The notes under the pieces are model-generated. The model was given only the letters and a program-made list of their open reading frames with translations. It searched no databases and had not been told where the DNA came from. Position numbers and translations under genes: made by a program. A stretch of DNA of 64,000 bases, from the NCBI GenBank assembly GCA_965216875.1, contig OZ244207.1:4800001-4864000 (forward strand), read 5' to 3'. Below are positions 9,613 through 20,409 of the stretch, piece after piece; position 1 is the first letter of the stretch; each line of letters opens with the position of its first letter. The DNA comes from Rubripirellula sp. (lineage in GTDB: Bacteria; Planctomycetota; Planctomycetia; Pirellulales; Pirellulaceae).

Positions 9613-10266
9613 ATGCGTCACCGACGACGAGGCCGCACGCTCGGACGAAGCCCGAGCCATCGCAAGGCGCTGCTTAAGAACCTCGCCAGCGCGCTCTTTT
9701 TGACTGAGCGTGATGCGAGCTTGGACGACAACGCTCCCAAGGTCGCAGGCCGAATCACGACCACCTTGCACAAAGCCAAAGAGGTTCGCCCTCTGGTTGA
9801 AAAGTGCATCACCATCGCCAAGAAATCGATTCCCGCCGCCGAAGAAGCTGCCAAGCTTGAATCGTCGGCCGAGCGTGGAAGCGACGAATGGAAGAAGTGG
9901 CGCAAGAGCGAACAGTGGCGTGAATGGGCCGATGCCCGCGCTCCTGTTGTTGCTGCACAGCGCCGCGTCGTCCAACTGATTGGCGACAAAGAAGCTGCTC
10001 GCATCCTGTTCGACACCATCGCCGAGCGTTACGTCGATCGTCCAGGCGGATACACTCGCATCTTGCGATTGGCCACGCCACGTTTGGGCGACGCTGGCGA
10101 ACGAGCGATCCTCGAGCTGGTCGGCAAGAATGATCGCGTCAAGCGTTCGGCCGAACGACCATCGTTCGATGATGATGCTCCAGCAGCAGTCGAAGACGAA
10201 GTCGCGACCGAAGAAGCTGTCGCCGAAGAGACCACCAGCGAAGAAAAGAGCGACGGCGAAGAGTGA
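9613..10266 (+). CDS. rplQ: 50S ribosomal protein L17 (extended, 217 aa)
   Basis: MRHRRRGRTLGR...HRKALLKNL, ITTTLHKAKE, RPGGYTRIL, RLGD. Confidence 0.95.
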   Translation: MRHRRRGRTLGRSPSHRKALLKNLASALFLTERDASLDDNAPKVAGRITTTLHKAKEVRPLVEKCITIAKKSIPAAEEAAKLESSAERGSDEWKKWRKSEQWREWADARAPVVAAQRRVVQLIGDKEAARILFDTIAERYVDRPGGYTRILRLATPRLGDAGERAILELVGKNDRVKRSAERPSFDDDAPAAVEDEVATEEAVAEETTSEEKSDGEE

Positions 10267-10300
10267 TTCGCCTGAGCTTGTAACTCGCCTTAGAAAAATC

Positions 10301-10359
10301 AAAGCTCGGCAGGAGCCCCGCCATCCCCAACGGATAGCTGAGGCTTCTGCCGAGTTTTT
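10301..10359 (+). terminator. Probable intrinsic terminator of the alpha operon
   Basis: CTCGGCAGGAGCC (10305-10317) pairs with GGCTTCTGCCGAG (10342-10354), followed by TTTTT. Confidence 0.65.
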
Positions 10360-10380
10360 CGTTAGGTCTATTCAACTTAC

Positions 10381-10531
10381 CTCGTTCCCACGGTCCCCGT
10401 GGGAACGCAATCTGCGGACGCTCCGCGTCCTCTTTGTAGGTCATGCTCCGCATGACAACGCATTCACATTGCGTGTCGCGGGGTGCAAGGTCCGGACTCA
10501 GCAAGGCCCGACGCTAGCGCATTCGGCTCAC
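10381..10531. repeat. Cluster of REP-like palindromes
   Basis: Hairpins CGTTCCCACGG/CCGTGGGAACG, GGACGC/GCGTCC and GTAG-GTCATGC/GCATGAC. A 29-mer at 10503-10531 is repeated inverted at 13572-13600. Confidence 0.7.
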
Positions 10532-10559
10532 AAAAAACGACAGCGCCGCGTTAGAGAAA

Positions 10560-11873
10560 TCAGCCTGACATGCCCTGTGCCATGCGCCAGGCTCGCTGCT
10601 GCTTTTCGAGACCGACCTCTCGGCTGATTGCAGCCCAACGATCTCTCACGCCTTCAAGGGCCGCGGCCGGTTCCGCATCACCGCTCACGCAACGCAGCAC
10701 TGCCTCGTCGAGCGCGACATAGTACTGGTCCGCAGCATTCATTTTGATCGTCGGCAAGACATTCGAAACCGCTAGTGCCTCGCGGACAACGCTGGCGTAA
10801 CCGACGTCGGCCGCCCCGTCGCCACCTCCGGTGCGTCGATTCAACGTCATCGCGGCAACCTCGCGGCGGGCGAGCTCACTCCCCTCGCCGCCCGCTAGCC
10901 ATCGCACAAACAACTTCGACACGTCTGACTGTCGGCATCGATCTGCAAGTGAGGCGACCAGCGAGTAAGGGTCAAGGACGACTTTGGGAAGCGAGGTGGC
11001 CGGAATCGCTGCGAAGCTATAGTCCTGGTCGGTCGTCACATCGCCCGAAGAGAATCCGATGGCGCCCTTCAAGCGACCGTCGCCAAGAGCTTCCCAAATC
11101 TGATTTGGATTGCTCGGCTCAACTGGACTTCGCTGGACGGTCGTACGCATTTGAGTCAAAACGTCGACGAACGGTTGGTCGGCAATCTTGGGTTCAAAAT
11201 TCTGCAAACCGAACAACCAACCGCGGGAGAGTGTCGATGCTGCGCGCCAAAGGAACATCGTTCCCGCCCACCCATCGGCAAGTGGTTCGGCGACCGCTCC
11301 GCCCAGCGATTCGCCCCACTGATCATATTCCTGCCACGTCGCCGGACTCGCCGCTTCGTCTGCTGAGATGACCGAAGGCTGTCGCCCTCCAAGCGGCAGC
11401 CCAACGATCGAACTACCGTGACGCATCACGCCATTTCTAAGCGAGGCCAGAAAGGCGCCACCACTTTGTTCGGCAAGCTTCACTTCGCTTTCGGCCAGGT
11501 CATAGATCCGGCCTTTTCCCTCGAGCTCCGTGACGGCCATCAGGGGGTAAATCAGGACGTCTTGTTTCTCACTTGCCTCGATCAATTTGTCGATCGTGTC
11601 GGTCCCCGTCCTGGACTCCTCGATCAACGTGAACTCCAACGCCTGTGGACTGATCGATGTCCATGCGCGAGCGATCGCATCCTGGTCCGCCTGAGAACCC
11701 CACAGCATCACGCGAAGCGGGACGTCGCTGAATTCGAATTCTGCCTCGCCCGATTCCGACTCCTCGTCTTTCGACTTCGAGCAACCGGCAAGGCCAACGC
11801 CGCTGACCAGGGCTGCCGATCCGGCGGCAAGAACTTGGCGGCGGCTGAATTGATGAACCGATCGATCCGACAC
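10560..11873 (-). CDS. Tat-exported lipoprotein, sugar-type extracellular solute-binding protein-like
   Basis: SRRQVL twin-arginine motif and LAGC lipobox; PATWQEY and a C-terminal helix pattern typical of family 1 SBPs. Confidence 0.65.
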   Translation of the reverse strand: MSDRSVHQFSRRQVLAAGSAALVSGVGLAGCSKSKDEESESGEAEFEFSDVPLRVMLWGSQADQDAIARAWTSISPQALEFTLIEESRTGTDTIDKLIEASEKQDVLIYPLMAVTELEGKGRIYDLAESEVKLAEQSGGAFLASLRNGVMRHGSSIVGLPLGGRQPSVISADEAASPATWQEYDQWGESLGGAVAEPLADGWAGTMFLWRAASTLSRGWLFGLQNFEPKIADQPFVDVLTQMRTTVQRSPVEPSNPNQIWEALGDGRLKGAIGFSSGDVTTDQDYSFAAIPATSLPKVVLDPYSLVASLADRCRQSDVSKLFVRWLAGGEGSELARREVAAMTLNRRTGGGDGAADVGYASVVREALAVSNVLPTIKMNAADQYYVALDEAVLRCVSGDAEPAAALEGVRDRWAAISREVGLEKQQRAWRMAQGMSG

Positions 11874-12051
11874 GATGAATCTCTTGTTGGGTTAACGTTG
11901 GCGCGTTCCGGGAGCGCGGGTTTGACACATCTGATCTTTTTACGCAATGGGGCGGTCGCCAGTTCATCCCTTTGGCGGCTAAAATCCCGGCTCAAACATG
12001 ACAGCGGCGTAAAATCTGAATCCCGATTGAAAACAGGCTGAGCGAGAGAAC

Positions 12052-13575
12052 ATGAGCTACTACCTCGGAATCGATATTGGCACTAGCGGAACGAAAACCC
12101 TGCTCATCGACCAAGCAGGCAATGTGCTGGCCGAGGCAAACGCTGAATACCCGCTGCATCAGCCCAAGCCTGGCTGGACCGAGCAAGACCCCGAGGATTG
12201 GTGGAAAGCGACCGTCAAGACGGTTCGTGCGGTCGTCAAAAAAGCGAAGCTCAAACCAACCGACGTGCGTGCGATTGGACTCAGTGGCCAAATGCACGGC
12301 AGCGTCTTCCTGGACAAGAACGACAAAGTGATTCGGCCCGCGCTGCTGTGGAATGATCAACGGACCGCTGCCGAATGCGATGAAATCACTTCGGCAGCCG
12401 GCGGTCGCAAAGCGCTGATAAAGATGGTCGCCAATCCAGCGTTGACCGGATTCCAGGCTCCCAAGATCCTCTGGCTGCGCAACAACGAGAAACGCAACTT
12501 CGATCGACTCGCCAAGGTCCTGCTTCCCAAAGACGATATTCGACGTCGACTCACTGGCGATTATGTCACCGAGGTGAGTGATGCCAGCGGAACATTGCTG
12601 CTTGATGTCGTTCGTCGCAACTGGTCCAAGAAACTGCTCTCAAAGATTGGCCTCGACACCGACTTGCTTCCAAGCGTGGTCGAAAGTGACGAAGTCACCG
12701 GAACGCTAACGCCAGCAGCCGCGAAAGCACTTGGCCTTTCGACCGAGTGCAAAGTCGTCGGCGGTGCAGGGGACTGTGCCGCGGGCGCCGTCGGTAACGG
12801 CGTCGTGAAGAAAGGGGTCCTCAGCACATCGATCGGCACCAGCGGCGTGATGTTCGTTCACAGTGACGAACCACAGTACGATGCTTCCGGCCGACTGCAT
12901 ACGTTCTGTCACGCGGTCAACGGCAAGTGGCACATGATGGGCGTCAACTTGACCAGCGGCGGGTCGCTGCAATGGTGGGTTGATTCAGTCATCCAGGGTC
13001 TGACCGGGTTCTCGGCAAAGAACCGCTACGAAGCGGCCACTGCGGAAGCGGCCAAGATTGCCGCCGGAAGTGATGGCCTTGTCTTCTTGCCCTACCTCAA
13101 CGGCGAACGTACTCCACATGCCGACCCCAACGCGCGTGGCGCTTTTGTTGGGATGAACCTAACTCACCAGCGCGGACACATGACAAGAAGCGTGATGGAA
13201 GGCATCACCTTTGCACTGCGTGACAGCCTCGAAATCATCACGTCACTCGGCGTTCCCGTTCGCCAAATCCGCGCTTCGGGCGGCGGCAGCAAGAATCCAC
13301 TTTGGCGTCAAATGCAAGCCGATGTCTTCGGCAAAAAGATCACCACCTTGGAAGTCGAGCAGGGCCCAGCCTTTGGTGTCGCTCTGCTCGCAGCGGTCGG
13401 CGACGGAGCCTACAAGAATGTCGAAGCAGCGTGCAAAGCAACCATCAAAGTTGCCGATGAAACACCCGCTGATCGAGCAGCCGTCAAGAAATACAACCAA
13501 CTATTCCCTGTCTACCGCGACCTCTACGGCAAGCTGAGCGAATCGATGCATCAACTTGCCGATCTTCAGTCGTGA
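12052..13575 (+). CDS. xylB: Xylulokinase (FGGY family)
   Basis: YLGIDIGTSGTK, GLSGQMHG, LWNDQRT, FLPYLNGERTPH. Confidence 0.92.
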   Translation: MSYYLGIDIGTSGTKTLLIDQAGNVLAEANAEYPLHQPKPGWTEQDPEDWWKATVKTVRAVVKKAKLKPTDVRAIGLSGQMHGSVFLDKNDKVIRPALLWNDQRTAAECDEITSAAGGRKALIKMVANPALTGFQAPKILWLRNNEKRNFDRLAKVLLPKDDIRRRLTGDYVTEVSDASGTLLLDVVRRNWSKKLLSKIGLDTDLLPSVVESDEVTGTLTPAAAKALGLSTECKVVGGAGDCAAGAVGNGVVKKGVLSTSIGTSGVMFVHSDEPQYDASGRLHTFCHAVNGKWHMMGVNLTSGGSLQWWVDSVIQGLTGFSAKNRYEAATAEAAKIAAGSDGLVFLPYLNGERTPHADPNARGAFVGMNLTHQRGHMTRSVMEGITFALRDSLEIITSLGVPVRQIRASGGGSKNPLWRQMQADVFGKKITTLEVEQGPAFGVALLAAVGDGAYKNVEAACKATIKVADETPADRAAVKKYNQLFPVYRDLYGKLSESMHQLADLQS

Positions 13576-13813
13576 GCCGAACGCGCTAGCGTCGGGCCTT
13601 ACAGGGGAAGTACCGGCTAGCCGCGATCGCGTAAGCGGCCGGACTTTCCACTCCGACCATCAGCCGCAACGCGATAGTGTGCGGTTCCTTCAGTCAGCCA
13701 ATCATCGAAAACCACGAGCGATCGCTCGACGGCTGATGTTGCCGCTTGTAGTACCGAGCTTTAGCCGGAATCTTCAGGCGTTTCCACCTTAGGACGCCTG
13801 AAGACAGTACTAC
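13572..13813. repeat. Array of REP-like palindromes between convergent genes
   Basis: 29-mer matching 10503-10531 (inverted); 24-mer identical to 50537-50560; ATCAGCCG...CGGCTGAT pair; GTAGTAC...GTACTAC pair enclosing TCTTCAGGCGT/ACGCCTGAAGA. Confidence 0.8.
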
Positions 13814-13839
13814 GAACCGACCACAATCCGACGACGCGT

Positions 13840-14769
<930 letters not shown>

Positions 14770-14991
14770 GAATCAAATCCTATAACGAGCGAATTCAATC
14801 CCACGAATGGCATCTCGCCGTGACGTGGGACGTGGGTGGGTAAGCTGGGAAGGAAGGTCAAATTGTAACCGGTCGCTATCCGGTATCCACCTCGCCAAAA
14901 GTCGTGTCAGGCAAATTCTCTTCTTCATTCGCGTAGGGGGTGTGAGCTTGCATGCACCATCGATTTTGGCCGCTCTCACATGATCCAAACG

Positions 14992-16221
14992 CTACTCGAT
15001 GCCGGTGTAGATCGCCTTGAACAACTCTTGAGCGAGCTGTGGCTGGGTCGGGACACGTTGGCGAATCACAATTTGAAACATGCGTTCGTCCGGGACTACG
15101 CAAAAGTCTGTCGTCGCATAACCAGCCCACGAATATTGCTTGGCCTCTTTCACGTTCTCGCCATCGCCGATTCGCACATCTTTGATCGCGAACCCTAAAC
15201 CAAATTTGAATCCTCCAGCGACTCCGTCAAGCTGGTCGGCAAACATCATGTCCAGCGTTTCTAGTTTGAGAATCTGGTTGCCTTCAAACTCGCCTCCATC
15301 GACGAGCATTTGGCAAAAATGCGCGTAATCGTCGATTGTCGAAACGAGGCCACCGCCACCGGATAGAAACTCAAAGCCACCGTTAAACGGACTTGTCGTC
15401 GCCTTGTCGATCACAACCAACTTGCCATCTTTCATTGTGTGACACGATGCAAAGCGGCCACGTTTCGGTTCAGGAACAGCGAATCCAGTGTCAACCATAC
15501 CCAGCGGCTCGAAAATGGCTTGCTGCATGTATTGGTCGAGCGGTTTACCCGACCAGATCTCGATCAACCGGCCCAGCACATCGGTGTTGAGTCCATAGGT
15601 AAACCGTTCGCCGGGATGGTGCATCGCTGGGATTCTTGCCAACGCTTCGGACAACTCTTCGATAGACATCGACGGTGGCATCATTCCCGCGGGAGGTTGA
15701 TAGATGATCCCTTCTTCGCGATACCGTTTCTTCAAGACTTCGCTGATACCACCGTCGTATGCGTAACCGGTGGTGTGTCGAAAAAGGTCGCGCACCGTCA
15801 ATGGACGACGCGGAGCAACCAGCTCGTATTTCTCGCCAACTTTCTCGTAGGCCTTCGAGTCCGCAAACGCAGGAATGTACTTTGACAAAGGATCGTCGAG
15901 TTTGAACTTGTCCTTGTCGAACAACGTCATCGCAGCAACCGACGTGATCGGTTTGGTCATCGAGTACATCCTGACGATCGTGTCGCGTTGCATCGGCAAC
16001 GCGTCCTCGACATCACGCTCTCCAATGACCTGGAAGTGAACTTCTTTTCCGTCACGTACGACCAAGTGCATTGCACCGGCAACGCGTCCTTGACGAACCT
16101 CCTTTTCGAGTTTCGCACTGGCTTCTGCGAACGGTTTGGGTTCAATCGTTTGACCAAAAGAAGAAGTGCAAACGGTTGCCATCAAGCAACAACTCAACAA
16201 GCAGCTCATTCCGCGGTTCAT
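14992..16221 (-). CDS. Serine hydrolase, beta-lactamase/class C family
   Basis: SMTK (SxxK), LFRHTTG, PGERFTYG, GGGGLVST; signal peptide. Alternative start GTG 16281. Confidence 0.9.
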   Translation of the reverse strand: MNRGMSCLLSCCLMATVCTSSFGQTIEPKPFAEASAKLEKEVRQGRVAGAMHLVVRDGKEVHFQVIGERDVEDALPMQRDTIVRMYSMTKPITSVAAMTLFDKDKFKLDDPLSKYIPAFADSKAYEKVGEKYELVAPRRPLTVRDLFRHTTGYAYDGGISEVLKKRYREEGIIYQPPAGMMPPSMSIEELSEALARIPAMHHPGERFTYGLNTDVLGRLIEIWSGKPLDQYMQQAIFEPLGMVDTGFAVPEPKRGRFASCHTMKDGKLVVIDKATTSPFNGGFEFLSGGGGLVSTIDDYAHFCQMLVDGGEFEGNQILKLETLDMMFADQLDGVAGGFKFGLGFAIKDVRIGDGENVKEAKQYSWAGYATTDFCVVPDERMFQIVIRQRVPTQPQLAQELFKAIYTGIE

Positions 16222-16277
16222 CGCTAACCTATCTTTTTTGGGCTTCGAGAGGATTTTCGTAGGTGACGGACAATCGG

Positions 16278-17876
16278 TCACCCAAGTGGTGATGGCGGCA
16301 GGGTGATGACAAACCGAGCACCGCCGATGGGTGCCGTATCGACGGCTACCGTGCCGCCATGCTTGCGAATGATTCGCTCCACCAAAGCAAGTCCCAATCC
16401 TGTTCCGGTTTCGTTGTTGCCTTCTAGTCGCACAAAAGGCTGAAAGACCCGATCGCGGTCTTCATCCGAGATGCCTGGCCCGTCGTCATCGACAACGACG
16501 CGGGTCACTTGCCCCTGTTGCTCGACAAACACCTCGACTCGCGATTTGGCGAAGCGGGCGCCATTGCGAAGCAGGTTACTCACCGCACGCGCAATCCCAA
16601 TGCGGTCACCCACGACTTCCAATGCCTTTTCTTGCTGAGTTTGTTCGATCGCAACATTGGGAAAAAGTGGTTGATTGACCTCGACAAGCTCATTGACCAT
16701 CTCATTGATTGCCAAAGACTCGACATGCTGGCTCACGTCGTTCGATTCGGCGCGGACATAGGTCAACAATTCGCCGACAAGATCATCAAGCTGCTGTGTC
16801 GCATCGTCGACCGCATCGAGTCGCTGACGCCGTTCTTCGTCCGACTTTGCAGCTTCGATCAAATCCGCTGCAAAGCGAATGCGTGCAAGCGGCGTGCGCA
16901 ATTCGTGTGATACCGCCTGCAACAACTCACGTTGTGACCGAATCAGCGCCTCCGTCCGTTCGGCCATGAAGTTGAACGAATGCGCGAGCGGACGCACCGC
17001 TTGGACATGAGTTTCGGTCACGCGAGCTTCGAGGTCACCGTCGGCAATCGAAATTGCAGCTTCTTCGACATGTCGCAACTGTCTCGCCACCGGGCGCAGC
17101 AAGAGTGCGATTGCGAGTGCTGCAGGCAGCAACACGAGCGCCAAGGTCGTGGCTGCCGCTCGTTGCTCAATTCGCTGGAAGTTTGGAAACGGTCCAAACC
17201 GCAATGCGTTGGATTCGGATTCAAGCGACGTCGCCGCGTAGTACTGCTCGCCACTTCCATCAAGTGACCCGTTGAAAAACGCGACACGAGCACCGCGCGC
17301 CAGGCGACCGGAAACAGGCGGGGGCAACTCGGACCGTGCCACCACGTCGACCGGGATCTCAAACATCGAGCGAACCGCCTCAAGTTTGTTGGGATCCACC
17401 TCGCCTTCGACTTCGGTTTCGACCGCCGCCAACCTCATCCAACCACTGATCGAATCTTCGATTTCACGTTGCCGATAAGACGGAAACGGCCCTAACCAAA
17501 CACACGATTCTTCCGCTTCGAAATCAGACTCGATTCGGGCTACCACAAAATGTTGGTCGCCAACGCGTTGGTACGCCACACTTTTTCCAGCCCGAAACGC
17601 CTGCTCGACTTCCGGCGAAATGCCAGCGACTGGGCGGACGCCAACCGGATAATCGAATTGCTGGTTGATCCGTTTAAGGGACTTTTGTCTTGCCTCCTGG
17701 TCTTCGACCACAGCAAGCTCGCTAGCGACCAGCCGAGCGCCGCCCGAATGCGCTTCGAGAATAACCCGAGCCAAGTCTGCGTCGCTACGTTGTTGATGAA
17801 CGACGCCGTGGATGTACCATGCCAGCGAAAGAACCGCCAACACACCCAAATAGATTCGTATGAAGAGCCAGGTCAT
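16278..17876 (-). CDS. Membrane sensor histidine kinase with HAMP domain (RstB-like)
   Basis: Two TMs, HAMP, VSHELRTPL H-box, NLLRNG, DDGPG, GTGLGL. Confidence 0.92.
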   Translation of the reverse strand: MTWLFIRIYLGVLAVLSLAWYIHGVVHQQRSDADLARVILEAHSGGARLVASELAVVEDQEARQKSLKRINQQFDYPVGVRPVAGISPEVEQAFRAGKSVAYQRVGDQHFVVARIESDFEAEESCVWLGPFPSYRQREIEDSISGWMRLAAVETEVEGEVDPNKLEAVRSMFEIPVDVVARSELPPPVSGRLARGARVAFFNGSLDGSGEQYYAATSLESESNALRFGPFPNFQRIEQRAAATTLALVLLPAALAIALLLRPVARQLRHVEEAAISIADGDLEARVTETHVQAVRPLAHSFNFMAERTEALIRSQRELLQAVSHELRTPLARIRFAADLIEAAKSDEERRQRLDAVDDATQQLDDLVGELLTYVRAESNDVSQHVESLAINEMVNELVEVNQPLFPNVAIEQTQQEKALEVVGDRIGIARAVSNLLRNGARFAKSRVEVFVEQQGQVTRVVVDDDGPGISDEDRDRVFQPFVRLEGNNETGTGLGLALVERIIRKHGGTVAVDTAPIGGARFVITLPPSPLG

Positions 17877-17998
17877 GATCGGAAGAAGGGTTGATGTCGC
17901 GCGCGTCCACCAGGCGTGAACCAATTCACATTCTAACTTGCGAATTGCTCACCATCGCCCGCAGGGGATCGATCGCGTTACCATCCGATACAGGTAAA

Positions 17999-18646
17999 TC
18001 AGGAAGCTGGAGGCTCCGCGATGTAAATCATCGACTCAGGATGATCGTGACGCCATTTTCGAAGCGGAACTCTCGTGAACGGAACGTCCTTGAGCGGCAA
18101 TGCCTTTGAAGTCTGCCCATAGCGTTTGCCATTGAAAACCATGACCATTTGCTGGTCGATATCGATACCACCCACGCCTAGTGAAAGCAGTCCTTCATTT
18201 TCGTCATCACTCAACACCCGAACACAATCGCGTGCGTCGCAGTACGTGACTGACAACGGCTGATGATTCAAAACGAAGTTTGCGATGTGGCGCTGTGGCG
18301 AACACATTGACTCAATCACAAACGCATACGCTTCGCCATCGATATCAACCCCAATCACCTCGGTCGACTCGGGAAGCTCGACGTCGTCAACGGGTACGAG
18401 CGCTGGTTGGTCAACGCCCGGAAAGTCGACGAGGATTTCGAGTGGCCGATAGTGCTCACCGCCGTCCATGATATCCACGAGACGCCGATGCTCCGCTTTT
18501 TCAGCAGCGATCTGTGCCGCCGTCAACGGACGCACTCGATGACTCGACGTCCAATGATCACGCGCACTCAACTCATGGTCGGCTGCCCAATAGACACCCA
18601 ACGCAACAAGAAGAGCAGCAATCAATACTCGGTGATACCGTTGCAT
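17999..18646 (-). CDS. DUF3179-like exported protein
   Basis: VIGVDIDGEAYAF, SVTYC and WRHDHPES resemble the DUF3179 pattern; N-terminal hydrophobic segment. Confidence 0.55.
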   Translation of the reverse strand: MQRYHRVLIAALLVALGVYWAADHELSARDHWTSSHRVRPLTAAQIAAEKAEHRRLVDIMDGGEHYRPLEILVDFPGVDQPALVPVDDVELPESTEVIGVDIDGEAYAFVIESMCSPQRHIANFVLNHQPLSVTYCDARDCVRVLSDDENEGLLSLGVGGIDIDQQMVMVFNGKRYGQTSKALPLKDVPFTRVPLRKWRHDHPESMIYIAEPPAS

Positions 18647-18671
18647 CTATCGTTTTTTGTGAACCGTGAAA

Positions 18672-18704
18672 GTAGAACAGGCTCGCCTCGAAGGTGAGCC
18701 GTTT
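18672..18704 (+). repeat. GTAG-led REP-like hairpin
   Basis: GTAGAACAGGCTCGCC-TCGA-AGGTGAGCCGTTT. Confidence 0.4.
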
Positions 18705-18854
18705 GAACCCCAATTCATCCCTGTGGTATTCGTTTTCTGAGCGATAATCTTGCGAGTTACTCTCACATCGCAAATTGCAGCCCGACCACATGACGGGAGC
18801 AGCCTTCCCCCACATATAGATTATGGGACGCCGCCAACCCTAGGGAGAGAATAA

Positions 18855-20378
18855 TTACTCCTCAGAAGGCCGTTTAGCCGAAACCATAGCACCAACGAGA
18901 AAGATTGCCATGGTGCCTATCACAATCGTCATTTGGGCGTGAAATGGATTACGCAGAGCGGCGGGCAGCGACTGGAGTTTTGGCGAAAGCGTCATCCAGC
19001 CGATCACCATCACACCCACCGCCACGGCAATCATCGCTTCGGCACCGCGCGTCCGTCGAGAGGCGATTCCCAACAGAAACAATCCGAGCATCCCGCCCGC
19101 GAAGATCCCTTGGAACATCCACCAGGTATCGAGGACGCTTTTCTGGCCAATGATCGCCAGCGCCACGAGCGTCCCGATGCAGCCGATCGTAATCGTGGCC
19201 CATCGCAGAACCCCCATCGCGCGCCGCTCGGAAACCTCAGGATCGATGTACCTTTGGTAAAGATCCTTCAACACAACCGTTGCTGATGAATTGAGCGAAG
19301 TATCGATGCTGCTCATAGCGGCAGCAAAGATGGCAGCAATCAACAGACCAGCCACACCGGGCGGAAGATTGTTTGCGATGAAGTACGGTAAGACTTTGTC
19401 GCCAATGTCCGCATCGGTAAGTGTCTCGACATCGACCTCTTTCTCGATCGCAACAGCCGCACGCACTTCGTCGAGCGCGGCCGGCTGCGTGCTGTAGTAA
19501 GAAAACAGCGCTGCACCGATGGCAAAGAACAGAAGCGACACGGGAACGTAAAGCAGCGCGCCCAACCAAACCGATCGCTTCGCTGCGTGCTCACTCTTAG
19601 CGGTGTGGTATCGCTGGACGAAACTTTGGTCGATCCCAAAGTTCGTCAGATTGATAAACAATCCGAACAGCAACACGACCCACACGGTGCTCGTTGTCAA
19701 ATCGAATTCCCAGCTGCCGAGGCTTGTCTTTCCGGCTTCGTAAGCGATCGAAAGTGATTCGGTCGGACCGCCTTCGATGGAAAACAACAACATTCCAAAG
19801 ATCAAAATGGCTCCCGCCATCAAGACAAACGACTGAATGACGTCGGTCCAGATCACCGCTTCAATTCCACCCAGCAGAGTGTACAGCGTGACCATCACGC
19901 CGGTCGCGACAATGATCCCGGCCATGTTCCAACCGGTCAGAGCGTGTAACCCGAGGGCAACGCCGAACATGATCGTTCCCATCCGCGCAACCTGCGTCAG
20001 CAGGTAGCAGACCATTGCGTACGTTCGCGCCCAAAGCCCGAACCGGGCTTCGAAATGGTGGTACGCCGAGAGTTCGCCCGATCGACGGTAAAACGGCACG
20101 AAATACTTCGCTGCGACCCAGGCGGCCAGTGGCAAAGACAATGCAAAGACATAGCCATTGAAGTTGCCGCCATACGCCTTGCCCGGATTGCCCAGGAAGG
20201 TGTTGCTACTTAAGTAGGTGCCGAAAATCGACATCCCGACAGCCCATCCTGGTAAGGCTCCGCCGGCCGCCATGAATTCCTTTGTCGTTCCACTGCGCAC
20301 GACAAAGAAGCAACCAAGGGCAACCACTGCGGCCAGGTAAACCACCAAGACGACAATATCGAGTGAGCTGAGTGAGAT
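18855..20378 (-). CDS. Sodium:solute symporter (SSS family)
   Basis: Multi-TM; YTLLGGIEAVIWTDVIQ, DQSFVQRY, AAAMSSIDTSLNS. Start uncertain (see findings). Confidence 0.92.
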   Translation of the reverse strand: MSLSSLDIVVLVVYLAAVVALGCFFVVRSGTTKEFMAAGGALPGWAVGMSIFGTYLSSNTFLGNPGKAYGGNFNGYVFALSLPLAAWVAAKYFVPFYRRSGELSAYHHFEARFGLWARTYAMVCYLLTQVARMGTIMFGVALGLHALTGWNMAGIIVATGVMVTLYTLLGGIEAVIWTDVIQSFVLMAGAILIFGMLLFSIEGGPTESLSIAYEAGKTSLGSWEFDLTTSTVWVVLLFGLFINLTNFGIDQSFVQRYHTAKSEHAAKRSVWLGALLYVPVSLLFFAIGAALFSYYSTQPAALDEVRAAVAIEKEVDVETLTDADIGDKVLPYFIANNLPPGVAGLLIAAIFAAAMSSIDTSLNSSATVVLKDLYQRYIDPEVSERRAMGVLRWATITIGCIGTLVALAIIGQKSVLDTWWMFQGIFAGGMLGLFLLGIASRRTRGAEAMIAVAVGVMVIGWMTLSPKLQSLPAALRNPFHAQMTIVIGTMAIFLVGAMVSAKRPSEE

Positions 20379-20409
20379 GGCTTGATCCTCTCGCCTGGGA
20401 TTCGGACGC

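Noticed and set aside
13572..13813. Possible CRISPR array
   Set aside because: Units are non-identical palindromes without regular spacers; no cas genes in the window.
17999..18646. Possible selenoprotein (some DUF3179 proteins are)
   Set aside because: No internal in-frame TGA at a Cys-motif position.
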